Shown: piece by piece, positions 1-12,432 of the stretch
How positions within the stretch are numbered: the stretch's first letter is position 1
Layout: each line of letters starts with the position of its first letter
Translations under genes and position numbers: made by a program
The notes under the pieces: model-generated
The model's database searches: none
Seen by the model: the letters and a program-made list of their open reading frames with translations, nothing else
What the model was told of the DNA's origin: nothing
Assembly (NCBI RefSeq): GCF_003704095.1
Contig: NW_020847569.1
Coordinates: 930,001-994,000 of the forward strand
Direction: 5' to 3'
DNA: 64,000 nt
Source: Pocillopora damicornis
Lineage: Eukaryota

Positions 1-961
1 ATTTTGAATTGATGCTTGTGAGATAATCTGTGATGTCTGCCATAAGGAGCCTTGGGTAGTATCTCTTTCAAACCAACTCTTCAGCGGAAAAACGTTTATT
101 TCATTATTCATTCATTTGTTTTTTACTCACACTAGTGTTATAATCAAAACATCGTAGTATCTGTAAGCGTTTGTCTGCTAAACAAAGGGTCTACTTTCTA
201 AACATTTTCGCCGATATAAGCAAGTCAAAATATTATGCCCGAATCTTAGATGCTTTGTTTACATGTGTCGTCAAAAATTTTTGGAATGCGAAATATTGTT
301 GAAATCAGTGTTATAAGCTTTTGGCTCATACAGCGTCCTAAGGAGGAGTGAGTTGATTTTTAAAGAGAATTATGCGTGGAGTTGAGACTAATCACAAAAA
401 GTCCTTTTTTTTAAACCAAAACGGCTCAGAGCTACAAATCGTAACTTCCGTTGCGCGGTAACGGGAACCAGTCTCACTTAACAGTTTCAAATGATTAGTA
501 ATAATATCAAATCGATATTCGATGCTGCCGTGGTTCTGTTCAGTAATGAATCAAAATACGGTAAAGTAAAAAAGTTCTTTGTTTTATCTGTCCTCTTAGA
601 AATCGTGAGTAAGAACAAAAAAAATGTTGTACAATTCCGCTCGTTACATAACTGTCGACAGTTGACGTGTCTCGTGACAATCAGAAGGCGTCTTAAAATC
701 TGATGGATAACATTGTTTGTTTGTTTCTAATCTCCCGTAACAAACCGAACGTTGTGTCAATCAGGCACGTGCAAACATAGGCCTTCAGTGGAGAAGGTCG
801 TTTTAGGGTCTGAATGCTTAAATAACCGAGAAAGCGATCGACATTTCAATGTTTATTCAAAACTTATGACAAAATTCTCGAAAGTGATTGGTTATCACCA
901 GCTCGATTTGAGCATTAGTAGGACATGCGTCATGCTTGTAATTGGACAGTGTTATGTATAT

Positions 962-1081
962 GTAATCACATGAGGCCAAGTACTATTAAGGATTAATTGC
1001 ACGAGAGTTTTCAAAATTTTCCAAAATTTTGAAAACTCAAGTGCAATTAATCCTTAATAGTACGAGGTCTCATGGGATTAC
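962..1081. mobile_element. Palindromic ~120-bp MITE-like hairpin
   Basis: Arms GTAATCACATGAGGCCAAGTACTATTAAGGATTAATTGCAC...TTTTCAAAATTTT and AAAATTTTGAAAA...GTGCAATTAATCCTTAATAGTACGAGGTCTCATGGGATTAC are near reverse complements. Confidence 0.7.
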
Positions 1082-1368
1082 TTGTTTATCAATAAAGGGC
1101 AAAATTTATACGAAGGAAAATCACGCGCGCAGTCTATTTTTAACAAATTTCAAGATAACGAACGGTTGCTATGCAACGGATTAGCCAATCATTAACAGTT
1201 TAACAGGGACAGTTCACACATCAGGCATGTGTAAGTGAACAGAACGCGTCATGTGCGTGTACTGTTGTCTCGCATTTAGCCGAGTTAACTTTTGTTTTTG
1301 TTTTTATGAAAACGTATAACCGACATTCAGTTTCTTATTTAAATTTTGTCATAGTTTTGATTAATTGG

Positions 1369-1505
1369 TAACAGGACTTCGTGTCTTCCAATTCTGTCTG
1401 TAATCATACTAGTGATTATCAAATCGGACTCACGCTTCGCGGTCATCCGATTTTGTTAATCACTCATATGATTACAGACCGAATTGGATTTCACTCGGTC
1501 CTATA
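1369..1505. mobile_element. Palindromic MITE-like element
   Basis: CCAATTCTGTCTGTAATCATA...ATCGGA and TCCGAT...TATGATTACAGACCGAATTGG form imperfect inverted arms. Confidence 0.65.
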
Positions 1506-1659
1506 TCCATTACAAATAAAAAAAAGTTAATTCCCTTGCTTTCCTCGCCTGATACCGGAATTACGATTGCATTAGATTGAACCGTCAGTTGCTTGACGAT
1601 ATTCCTAGAATATTCTTCTAGAGGGTGGGAGGATTTTTGCGGGATCCCATGGTAATTAA

Positions 1660-1863
1660 CTCTTTACACCCTAACATCCAAATGCATATTCTCCAAACTG
1701 TTCTGTATACATTTCCTAAGGAACTGATAAGAGAATTTGTTTAACAATCAAGAACTTCTTTGATCGTTGATCATTCTCTTTATTCTCATGACCTTAATGT
1801 TTGATCCAGAAGTGACAATGTGAGGAGAAATTCGATGTGAGGTCACTCTCAGGGGTTAAAGGG
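1660..1863. mobile_element. ~204-bp TTAA-flanked (piggyBac-like) MITE, copy 1
   Basis: TTAA|CTCTTTACACCCT...GGGGTTAAAGGG; same family as 12229, 44852, 46266, 51060, 56995, 58233. Confidence 0.75.
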
Positions 1864-2360
1864 TCGAAGGGGGGCTTTGAGGGAGAGACCAAAGAAAATT
1901 GCGCTTTTCTTTTATCCCAATTACTCCCTTCCCCTTCCCCTCTTCCTTATTTTTGGAATCTGGGAACGCAGTCTCTGATAAGGTAAATTATTCATATTGC
2001 ATTGATTAGATGTAGAACATATGTATTTTAAGCTTAATTTTCATCTAAAAAGGCTCAGTTTTCGTACATCTTTTCGTTCTGCTTAATTTCAACTCTTTAA
2101 ATTCGTGTTGGAGCGAGGTTAAGATTGGTTTTTTTCCATGATCACCTAAAATGGGGGGNNNNNNNNNNGAAATTATCGGAATACTGCAGAGCCTTGTGGG
2201 TTGGATCGGGCAAATTTCTTTGTGACACGACCAAATCCTCCCCCCACCGGCGATAAATGATGACTGCCTATTCATTAAGTTTTTTTTAATTATCTTCATC
2301 AATGACAGTTCTACTTGGTTGATTTTTCTCATCAAGCAAATCCAACATCAACAAAGTAGG

Positions 2361-3326
2361 ATGGCAGAGGACAATGAAACCCTTCCCCCGACGAATCAGG
2401 AAGAAAAATTCAATGGACTTTTTCCACTTGTGATAGCTATAATTTCCATTATAACTATAGTAGGGAACCTTCTGGTGATTGTGACTTTGTATAAGAAACC
2501 GCGCACTGAATTACGGATCGTTTCCAGCAGCCTTGTGTTGAACCTTGCTATCGCTGACCTGATGATGGGCCTTGTAGGTGAACCTCTTTGGATAAGCCTG
2601 CATTGGGTAGATGGTGGAGTAAGCATGATGTTAATGAGCGACTCACCAAGTACGTTGTATGTCACAACTAGATCAGTGTTGGTCATAACAGCTACCGCTT
2701 CAAGATGCACTTTGTTCTTTCTTACAGTGGATAGATATGTGGCCTTAGAGATGCCTCTACGAAGAGAAAAGCTGTTTGGTGGAATGGCTTTGAAATTATA
2801 CATTTTTCTTATTTGGCTTGATGGATCAGTTACCGCCCTACTCATTTCCTTTCATGACACAAATGCAATACGGCTAATTTTCTATATCCTTCCTCAGTTT
2901 GAACTGGTTGTCATCTTCGTTTTGTATGTGCGCATGTTCATAATCATCCGAAAATTCAACAAGATTCTACTCGCCAATGAAGTCCGACAACCGCTTGTTC
3001 AATCAGGAGATGCGTTTAAATTGGCTCGAAAACGGGAGTTTTCCTTTGCAAAGAACATTTTTCTTCTAGTTGGAACATTTTTATTGTGCTATCTACCATT
3101 TTCTGTCACTCGCGTTGTTGAATACTTCAGCGACGGAGTGCGAACTTCACTTTTTTTTCAAGAATTGTTACTAATCCTATACGTATCAAAATGCGCTCTA
3201 GATCCCATATTATACACATTTATTATTCCAGGTTATCGATGGCGAGTTAAAGAGATGGTCTATAACTTTGCAAAGACCTGCGCCGACCGATTACCATCAG
3301 CTAGTAATGGCGCAGGAAACCCCTAA
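2361..3326 (+). CDS. Class A (rhodopsin-like) orphan GPCR, type A copy 1; single coding exon
   Basis: 7 hydrophobic segments; GN in TM1, NLAIADL in TM2, DRY, CYLP in TM6, DPILY in TM7; first ATG at 2361 (MAEDNET, N-glycosylation sequon). Confidence 0.9.
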   Translation: MAEDNETLPPTNQEEKFNGLFPLVIAIISIITIVGNLLVIVTLYKKPRTELRIVSSSLVLNLAIADLMMGLVGEPLWISLHWVDGGVSMMLMSDSPSTLYVTTRSVLVITATASRCTLFFLTVDRYVALEMPLRREKLFGGMALKLYIFLIWLDGSVTALLISFHDTNAIRLIFYILPQFELVVIFVLYVRMFIIIRKFNKILLANEVRQPLVQSGDAFKLARKREFSFAKNIFLLVGTFLLCYLPFSVTRVVEYFSDGVRTSLFFQELLLILYVSKCALDPILYTFIIPGYRWRVKEMVYNFAKTCADRLPSASNGAGNP

Positions 3327-4170
3327 ATAACGCTTTATCATCACTAAACGTCTGGTTTTAAGTTATTAACGTTCTGACATACCATAGCCTTAGTTGTTGA
3401 ATGAAATGTGTTATGGATAACGACTGTAAAAATAAGTTTCTGGAAATTTCTAGAAAGCCTATTCATGTTGACATGTTACACGACTGCCCATTGTCATACT
3501 ATGGAAACATATTGTATTCGGTTATATGTAGTTATGATGCAACACCACAAAAATAGTTGAGTTGTATGCTTCCGGATTGTTCGAGAACACTTTGTAAATG
3601 TATATAATTTATGAACTCAGTCGTGTAGTAGTTGTTGCTGTTTTAATCGAAAGTGACGTACCGACTATCTGTGAAGCTATGCTGAGAGAGAGCTACTGTG
3701 GAAGATTGCTCATTTCAAGGCGATTGGATACAACTGGGATATATTGTCAGTAGTGAGCTAAGTTAAAATCTCTTGGGGGCTTTAGAGTGTATTTCTGAGG
3801 ATCGATTTTTTTGTATTTTGCCATAAAATTCCCTTGTACTTAAGGAAATATAGTGAAAGGTTCCATCGACCTATTTTACGGGAGAAATTTTCAAGAGTTT
3901 GAAAATTCAGTTTTAATGCAATTAAATACGTAAATGTTTGTGTTTCTTACGGTGGTCTCCGGAAACATAAAACTATCTTACGAAACCGTGGAAGCATCAG
4001 TGTGAAAAGTTTTGGTAAGCTGAATATCGATATTGACGTCGGCAAACCTTCAGCAGTTGGAAGACACACAACAGAATTTTCCGCGTTGAAGGCTTTGGAA
4101 ATATAGTGAGTCCGACAAAAGACAAACGTAGAAGGTAACCCGATAACAATTAGTCGTTCAGGCTAAACGA

Positions 4171-5125
4171 TTAATTGTTACCACTACGCCTGAAAATTCT
4201 TTTGAGTGCGCGTCGAAACTTCGCCGTACGCAGAGCGTAAGCGATAGGATTGGCCAGCGGATGCACAAATATCAAGCTTTCGAATATTAAGTCAAGTTTT
4301 TTAGGAATACAATCGTCGTGATCACAACACTGTCTGATGTTTTCCACAATGAAAAGCGGACTCCAACATACGGTAACCAAGCCAGTAAGGATGAATACAG
4401 AGAGAGCTACGCCTCTTTCCCTCCTTTTAAGTCTTTCCATTCTTTGACTTTTTGGTGTTAAGGGTTGGAGCTCTCTTCTTTGATCGCCTGTTGCAAAATA
4501 TCGATGCAGCTGTTTTCTGATCAGCAGAAAGATCCGTGTGTAGCAAGCAATTAACAGGATCAATACAGGAACTCCGATAGCATCAGCGATAAAAAGCCTA
4601 TAACTGTCAAATGAGTCCCATCCGAGCATAGGAAGAGAGGCTGTTAGCGCAGCGAAAAGCCAGATGGACATAATGCCTACAGTGCAATAACTCGTCGTTG
4701 TCGAGTTATCGTCACTCTTAGCGGATGATATGACAATAAGTCTTTCAACAGCGAGGCCCAGGATTGTAAGAAATGAGGCACAAATAGCAAAATACATCGT
4801 GATGTACCCTGCTTTGATGACACTCTTATTACCAGGAAACCAGTGAAGAATAGCAAAGAGTAACTCGGTTGGAAAACCCATAAGTAGATCACAAACAGCC
4901 AGATTTAATATGAGATAGTTTGCTGTTCCTTTAAGCTGCTTGAATGGATCTTTCCAGATTGTCATTATCACTAGAGAATTCAAAGCCATGGTCAACACCG
5001 AGACGGAAACGAGGAATGCTGTCTGAGCCAGAGTCACTGGGTCTATTGAGGAAAAATATATTATTCATTAGCTTGAAGACAGAGTAGAAAAAACAGTCAG
5101 CGCTGTCGACTGTGGTCAGAGACAT
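4171..5125 (-). CDS. Class A orphan GPCR, type B copy 1; N-terminus frameshifted, possible pseudogene
   Basis: ORF 5037-4171 has NLAVCDL, ERL, CWSP, NPIAY and helix-8 KFRRAL; the ATG matching the paralog (5125, MSLTTVDSADCFF) is out of frame. Confidence 0.8.
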
Positions 5126-6396
5126 TCCTGTCTTACCAACCCTTCTCGTTCCGTTCTTGTGCAGTTTGACACATGACTGCCCCAGTGCATCTTTACACTT
5201 TGAAAGTGGGCACGGATTAACTATCAGTGAGACCAAGGGGGGAGACTTAGGGGTTACACAGCAGCATCTTTTTTTTTTATGGAAACTGGGTTAATGATGC
5301 CCTCCCTCCCCCCCGAATGTGATGGGCCACTTAGATTCGTGCGAAAGATTATTTCTAATTACGTTTGAAAATGAAGACTAGTCAGCCGTAAGATTAGTGC
5401 TTCCATGTATATTTAACAGTTGTTCGGAAAGGTCTTGAATAAAAACAGAAACAATCAAACAAACAAAGATGCATTGTACTGGTTGATTATTCAGGAAGCA
5501 ATATTTTGTGCACTAGGGAATTGGTCACTTGTCTCTACTCGGAACTCTCGTCGGCTCGGTGATATTTTTGATCGGTTGTCGATGCTATTTACAATACCCA
5601 AGGAAACAGAGTTCAGTAACAGAGTATTGCATAGAAAAATGACTGACAATTAGCGGCAAATGAAGGTGGGGGGAGGGGAGGGGGGGGAGAGGATCATATG
5701 AGAGGATCATATGAGCATCATAGAGCCTCATAGGGGATCTGGTAAATTTTGTAATGACAAAATTAAAATCCTCCGACCTCGCCCCCCCCTCCCCAGGCAA
5801 TAAATAATGAACGGTACCTGGCTAACGAATTTATAAACTGGTAAGTGATACCAGTCTGTTGAAGCCAAATAATTTAAGCTTTAAAAACCAAGAAGAACCA
5901 AATATATAAATGAAAGAATTAAGCGGGAACAAATATAGTGATCTGCGTTGTAAACGCTCAACGACATCGCCTGTTCAAAACGAGTCTCCCATGCGTGACT
6001 CCTCCTTTGCGTTCGACGGCCTTCATCGCTCTCACTTCCTTAAATCACTAAACGCGCGAGTCTTAATCGCGCACGTTCGGTCATATTAAGCTGTGTAGCT
6101 TCGAAAAAAAGATAGATTTAAGAACAGAAATTCATGAAGCAGATTTTTGTTTGCTCTACACAGACGGATAGCGTTTTGGTGGTAGTCTAAATTTATTTGC
6201 GAACATGGTCTTTTAAGACTAAAGGAAATACTCAAGTTGGATTTGTTCCTTGTGTGACATTGCGCACGTGTTTAGCTGACCAGAAGTGATGATATTAAGC
6301 AAAAAAACAAGTTTCGGTTTCATCAGAAGCGCCATCGCTTTGACATGTCGGTGCGTCTTGCGACGATAAGCATCCTTCTTAGATTGCACTCTAAAT

Positions 6397-8550
6397 AAAT
6401 TATTTTTATTGAGAGAAAAAATTAAGGGAGAAAATTGATTGTTTGGTTAAATTTTGTATCACTGAGGTCAACTTGAGAATCTAGCTTCTGCTCTTTATAT
6501 CAGCACTCTTTGCTTCTAATTCATGATTTCGACACTTCCTAAGCTTGGGCTATGATTTCTTTGTTACCTAAGGGATTGGCTCTCCGTTTGGATCGATTCA
6601 CAAGAACAACAACATTAACCATTGCCAAAACGAAATCAGCTACATAGCATACACTTCAATTACAAAAGTATTATAGAAGAATTTCTAAATTTAACGTCCA
6701 GCCATAGCAAGATATTACCGTAAAGACCGTGGCCTGGAGCCCGTTTCTCGAAGGTCCAAGTAAATTAACGGACCCGTAAAGCTCTCCTGTTTCTACTTAA
6801 GAAGGGGATTTAGAACGTTTTGACAATTATAACATAAATGTAAGCAAATATGCAATTTCCGAGGTAGATTTCTCATATTCTACAGGAATACGGCATTCAA
6901 GTTAACCGAATATGAATGATCCATTCAATATTTACCTCCAAAATCCATCACGACCTTAGGTGCCTTATCTCCTGAAACTCTTTCGTGTCAAGAAATGATT
7001 TTCATAATTTGGAAGAAGGTGACGATGCTGAATACTTTGTCTTTTCCATTGGCTGTCAGGTTAAGCCTTCATCCATCGTTCGAGTTGCTCTGTTTAACTG
7101 GAACCTGCGCGTTCGAATCACCTCACGCCTCTTAGAATGTCACGCGCTCCGCATGCGAGCGGAAGTACCTTGGTTTGAATTCGCGATCGGTAGCGCCGAA
7201 AAATCAAAATATTTTTGTTTGGTTAACGAAGCTATTTAACAAATTGTCCACTCTGGAACAGNNNNNNNNNNNNNNNNNNNNNNNNNNNNNNNNNNNNNNN
7301 NNNNNNNNNNNNNNNNNNNNNNNNNNNNNNNNNNNNNNNNNNNNNNNNNNNNNNNNNNNNNCGGCCGGTGCGGGTAATCGGCCGTGCGGGTAAACGACCG
7401 GAAATTACGGTATATTGACGAAATTTACCTTCAGTTTCCATACTGTATCACGAGGATTCATTCAAGCTGATGACATCGAAGCTGGTGCAATATTAAGATG
7501 AAAACAATTCCTATAATTTTTGTTTCTAAAATTAAATCACTTTCCGCTTAGGTTAGCATTCATGTGACTTGCAAGAGGTCATAGGTGCAGTCACAAATTC
7601 TATGAGGAACATGGTTTAAGTGTCATCATTGTCTATACTTGTCTACCATTGTTTCTTATTTTCTATCAGCTGATTTGTTTATCTTTTGCTTTTCCCTGTT
7701 CCAGAGTGGACAATTTGTTAAATAGCTTCGTTAACCAAACAAAAATATCTTGATTTTTCTGCGCTAGTGAATTAAAACTAAGGTACTTCCGTTCGCCCTC
7801 AGAGCGCGTGACATCCTAATTATAGGAGCTAAGAAGTGATTCCAGTTAGACAGGGCAACTCGAACGATGGATAAAAGCTTGACCTGACAGCTATTGGAAA
7901 AGGCAAAGCATTCAGCATCGTCACCTTCTTCCAAATTATGAAAATCATTTCTAAACGCTAGTTTGATATAAAAAAGTTTCAGGAGACAAGGCACCTGAAG
8001 TCGTGATGCATTTCGGAGGTAAATATTGAATGAATCATTTATATTCGGTTAACTTGAATGCCTTATTCCTGTAGAATATGAGAAATCTACCTCAGAAACT
8101 GCATATTTGCTTATATTTATGTTATAATTGTCAAAACGTTTTAAATGCCCTTCTTAAGAAGAAACAGGTGAGCTTTATGAGCCTGTTAAGTTACTTGGAC
8201 CTTCGAGAAACGGGCTCCAGGCCACGGTCATTACGATAATATCTTTCTATGGCTGGACGTTAAATTTAGAAATTCTTCTATAATACTTTTGTAATTGAGG
8301 TGTATGCTGTGTTGCTCATTTCGCTTTCGTTAATATTGTTGTTCTTGTGAATCGATCCAAACGTAGAGCCAATCCCTTAGATAACAAAGAAATCATAGCC
8401 TAGGCTTAGGAAGTGTCGGAATCATGAATTAGAAGCTAAGAGTGCTGATATAAAGAGCAGAAGCTAGATTCTCAAGTTGACCTCAGTGATACAAAATTTA
8501 ACCAAACAATCAACTCTCTCCCTTAATTTTTCTTCCTAATAAAAATAATT
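6397..8550. repeat. Inverted duplication A: arms ~6397-7261 and ~7696-8550 around an N-gap
   Basis: e.g. TTTTGTATCACTGAGGTCAACTTGAGAATCTAGCTTCTGC (~6451) is the reverse complement of ~8456-8495; similar along ~860 bp with substitutions and small indels. Confidence 0.9.
7362..7392. mobile_element. Probable right end of a pogo/Tc1-like DNA element (continues to ...GGAAATTACGG|TA near 7410); rest lost in the gap
   Basis: Subterminal repeats CGGCCGGTGCGGGTAA/CGGCCGTGCGGGTAA followed by a TACGGTA terminus like that of the 21710-22438 element. Confidence 0.45.
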
Positions 8551-9174
8551 TCGCTTGTCATTTTTAGGCCAATTATCAAAGAAACCGTTCTGATTTGCAA
8601 TCGAAGGAAATCTTATTTCTGAACTTAGTTTTTTAATTAGGAATTTGTCGAACAGAAGTAGAATGGACAGTACTTTAGGAAGAGGAGGAAGGATGAACCA
8701 TTCTTCTCTTAAACATTATATATATTTCCAGATTTCAACCTTGATGGACTTCTTTTGAACTTCAATTGCTAGATTGATAAAAGAATAGATTACAAAGATA
8801 GTGGTCACTTTGTTCAATCCGTCTTTCCACATGATTGTCTTTACTGAGATAATTATATCTAGCCACTGTGAGACTAAAATGCGTATCTGCATTTAAATCA
8901 TAAACAAGAATGGACTGGGTGATCATAGTGGAACAAACCGAAAACTAATATACTCACCATTCCTTGAAGCAAAAAAAATGGAAATATATGAGAGGATGGT
9001 TATTTTTTACCTTGGTCTGCGAAGGTCAGCACATTATGTTGCTATGATACCCTATTAATTGAAAAAATAATAGGCGTCAATTTCTTACACTGTTTTCGAT
9101 TCACCGCTGACCTGTATACATTCCCTTGTTCCACTTTGAACTGAGCTCATGCTGCTTACTAACCTATGTGATCT

Positions 9175-10083
9175 ATGTCATTCACAGCTCTGAATAGAAG
9201 TGTATGTTATTTACCGGACGAAATCACCCCACTTAAGGCAGTAGGCCTCATGTCTCTCTCGGTGGTAACAGTGGTGTTAAACTCCTTGGTAATAATAACA
9301 ATCTGGAAGGATCCATTCAAGGAACTCAAAGGAACAGCTAACTATCTCATATTAAACCTGGCTGTTTGTGATCTTCTTGTGGGCTTTCCAGCCGAGTTGC
9401 TTTTCGCTCTTCTGCTCTGGTTTCCCGACCGTGTTATTATTGTCTTTTCCGCATACGTTGCAGTATATCTTGATTTTTATGCTTCGTTTCTTACAATACT
9501 GGGCTTGGCAGTCGAGAGACTCCTCGTCATATCATCACCATCGTGGAGTGCGGATTATCAAACCACCGCTTATCGCACCGTTGGATTCCTTTCTATTTGG
9601 ATATTTGCTGGACTGTTAGCCTTCCTTCCTGTGTTCGGTGCAGATTCGTGTCACAAATACAGAATGTTTATTACTGATGCAGTCGGACTTCCTGTATTGA
9701 TCCTGTTATTTGCCTGTTACACACGAATCTTCTTACTGGTCAGAAAAGAGTTTAATCGAGATTTGAGGACAATCGACCAGAGAGGAGAACTACAACCCAT
9801 CACAATAACTGGCCAATGGAGAGAAAGACTTAAAAGGAGAGAAAGACAGGTGGCTTGTTCTGTATTCATCATTGTTGGAATATTTTGCTTCTGTTGGCTT
9901 CCAGAATTAGTGCTGGCAAATATCATTGAAATCTGTAGAGACTGCATTCCAGATAAATTTCATTTGATATTCCATCTTTTCATATTGGCACATCCGCTGG
10001 CCAATCCTATTGCTTACTCATTGCATACACCGAAATTTCGACGGGCTCTCAAAAAAATTTTCAATCGAAAGGCCCCACTATAA
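9175..10083 (+). CDS. Class A orphan GPCR, type B copy 2; intronless
   Basis: 302-aa ORF with NLAVCDL, ERL, CWLP, NPIAY, KFRRAL; clear paralog of 4171-5037. Confidence 0.92.
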   Translation: MSFTALNRSVCYLPDEITPLKAVGLMSLSVVTVVLNSLVIITIWKDPFKELKGTANYLILNLAVCDLLVGFPAELLFALLLWFPDRVIIVFSAYVAVYLDFYASFLTILGLAVERLLVISSPSWSADYQTTAYRTVGFLSIWIFAGLLAFLPVFGADSCHKYRMFITDAVGLPVLILLFACYTRIFLLVRKEFNRDLRTIDQRGELQPITITGQWRERLKRRERQVACSVFIIVGIFCFCWLPELVLANIIEICRDCIPDKFHLIFHLFILAHPLANPIAYSLHTPKFRRALKKIFNRKAPL

Positions 10084-10265
10084 ACCACTTGTGCGCCTGT
10101 TTTTAAATGTTCCTTAACATTTTTATTATTTTCATTATGACTACTCAATCCTTAAAAACGTAAGGAAAAACTGTTAGGGGCTTAATAAAAAAAATGTTTA
10201 TCTATTTTACAACATATACTTTTAATTTCAGTTTCCAGTGATGATAAAAAGCATTTTTAGTGGCT

Positions 10266-10366
10266 GCACTGGAGCCAAGTGGCTCGCGCAGCCGAAGCTT
10301 TTCCCTATTTTTGTAGCATGAAGCGACTAGGAGTATTACTACTCCCCCCTGAATGGGATGTCAGTC
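10266..10366. mobile_element. SINE fragment (Deu/Nin-domain-like); related fragments at ~26980-27135 and ~55050-55200
   Basis: GAGCCAAGTGGCTC...GTAGCATGAAGCGACTAGGAGTATT..TACTCCCCCCTG.ATGGGATG resembles the conserved SINE core known from cnidarians; family assignment from memory. Confidence 0.55.
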
Positions 10367-10681
10367 TGGTGCTAATACTGCTACTACTGCTGCCACTGAA
10401 ATATTATTACTACTCAAGGGCGTAGCTGGGAGGGGGGGATCCTTCGTAAGCCTCTTTTGGTCATATTACGTAAAACAGTGCGTCGAGGTCGACATGCCTA
10501 TCTGGTGAGTACCCTCGATCTGACGTCCCTGCTGTCAAAATTGTTACTACACGAGCTACTCAAAGGAATGTATCCAGAGCCCATGTAAATTTTTTTTGTT
10601 CAAAAGGGAACCGCACTTCGCTTTGTGGACCATTTACGTCACTTAACCATCTAACTTGATTTATTTCAATTGCGATGCTTC

Positions 10682-10934
10682 TAGCCCGTAGAGCAGGTGA
10701 AACTTTGGCGAGCGAGTGCTCAGTATTTTCTCAGCGACAATAACGGCCGCCATCTCTGATTTTAATGGCAGAGGCAAGCTGGAGAGAGAAAGAAATTTGT
10801 TTCAAGGGGGTGAGCGATGGTCAAAAATAAGGAGAGGGGTTGGGGTTGGAGAGTAAATTCTCTTTTCCCTTATCCCCCCATCCCCCACCCGGTTAAAGTT
10901 AATTCGCCCCTATAGGACGCCTGCACTACAGGCT
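10682..10934. mobile_element. MITE with TAGCC(C/T)GTAG..CAGG terminal inverted repeats
   Basis: TAGCCCGTAGAGCAGGTG at left, CGCCTGCACTACAGGCTA at right. Confidence 0.65.
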
Positions 10935-10966
10935 ACGACGCCTCGAACTGGCCCAGCTTTTTTCAA

Positions 10967-11989
10967 ACTTTGATGACCTTTAGATTAAGCTGTTTCCCTT
11001 TATGCAAATAGGCATTTTACTTTGATAAACCCCAACATTTTCGAGATATACCTTATGATTAAATGAACGTGGCCTTTGAATCAAAGACCTAGTAACGTTT
11101 TCTCAAGATTCTGGGGTCTTGTATGACCGGGGCAACCTTGCTACTCTTGTCATTACTAGCTTATACCAGTCTGTAAACAAGAAAATATGGAAGAGACCGG
11201 CAAGACCGATTCGACCAGATGATGATATTGTACCCAGTCAATCCGGTAAATCAGCTCATAGACAATATCGGTCAAAATTCATTCTGGAATAGAAGATTCT
11301 TATAATTTTGGTATCGAAATAACATAAAATGATTCAATCGAAATTAATAAGTATCAGTCATTGACGAAATTTACCTTCAGTTTCCACGAGGATTCATTCA
11401 AGCCGTATGATGACATCGAAGCTGGTGCAATATAAAGATGAAAACAGTTCCTATAATTTTTGTTTCTAAAATTAAATCGCTTTCCGCTTAGGTTAGCATT
11501 CNNNNNNNNNNNNNNNNNNNNNNNNNNNNNNNNNNNNNNNNNNNNNNNNNNNNNNNNNNNNNNNNNNNNNNNNNNNNNNNNNNNNNNNNNNNNNNNNNNN
11601 NGATACTTATTAATTTCGATTGAATCATTTTATGTTATTTCGATACCAAAATTATTAGAATCTTCTATTCCAGAATGAATTTTGACCGATATTGTCAATG
11701 AGCTGATTTACCGGATTGACTGGGTACAATATCATCATCTGGTCGAATCGGTATTGCCGGTTTCTTCCATATTTTCTTGTTTACAGACTGGCATGAGCTA
11801 GTAATGACAAGAGTAGCAAGGTTGCACCGGTCATACAAGACCCCAGAATCTTGAGAAAACGTTACTAGGTCTTTGATTCAAAGGCCACGTTCATTTAATC
11901 ATAAGGTATATCTCGGAAATGTTGGGGTTTATCAAAGTAAAATGCCTATTTGGATAAAGGCAATCAGCTTATCTAAACGTCATCAAAGT
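10967..11989. repeat. Inverted duplication D: 10967-11355 vs 11602-11989 around an N-gap
   Basis: GACCTAGTAACGTTTTCTCAAGATTCTGGGGTCTTGTATGACCGG vs its reverse complement at ~11827-11871; few mismatches. Confidence 0.9.
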
Positions 11990-12228
11990 GTGATGATCAC
12001 CCAGTCCACTCTTGTTTATGATTTGAATGCAGATACGCATTTTAGCCTCACAGCGGTTAGTTACTGGGGGACATATATAACTATCTCAGGAAAGAAAATT
12101 ATGTGGAAAGACGGATTGAACAAAGTGACCACTATCTTTGTAATCGATGCTTTTATCAATTAATCTAGCAATTGAAGTTCAAAAGAAGTCCATTAAGGTT
12201 GAAATCATGAAATATATATTATGTTTCA

Positions 12229-12432
12229 CCCTTTAACTCCCAAGATCTCATTAGTAGTTCTCTTAACTGTCTGATATACAATTGTTATGATGTCAATTCG
12301 GAGAATTTGGTATTGGATCAACTAATAATCTCCGAATTGATATTTTACTTTATTCTCGTCACTTCTATGCTTGGTATTGTATTGATATTGTAAGGAGAAA
12401 TTCTCTCTTGATCACTCATGGGAGGTAAAGGG
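12229..12432. mobile_element. TTAA-flanked MITE copy 2, with an empty paralogous site at 8709-8712
   Basis: TTCA|CCCTTTAACTCCC...GGGAGGTAAAGGG|TTAA; duplicate segment C has a single TTAA at this position. Confidence 0.85.

Larger units (their letters stand above)
7413..11501 (+). repeat. Direct repeat B (~150 bp) at 7413-7561 and 11360-11501
   Basis: ATTGACGAAATTTACCTTCAGTTTCCA...CCGCTTAGGTTAGCATTC in both places. Confidence 0.85.

Noticed and set aside
2396-2845. Antisense or alternate-frame ORFs over real genes (also 25982-26293, 44433-44729, 62299-62733)
   Set aside because: Shadows of coding sequence with no recognisable motifs
7175-7441. ORFs running through N-gaps (also near 2045, 11460, 27108, 33046-33375)
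   Set aside because: Artefacts of translating Ns
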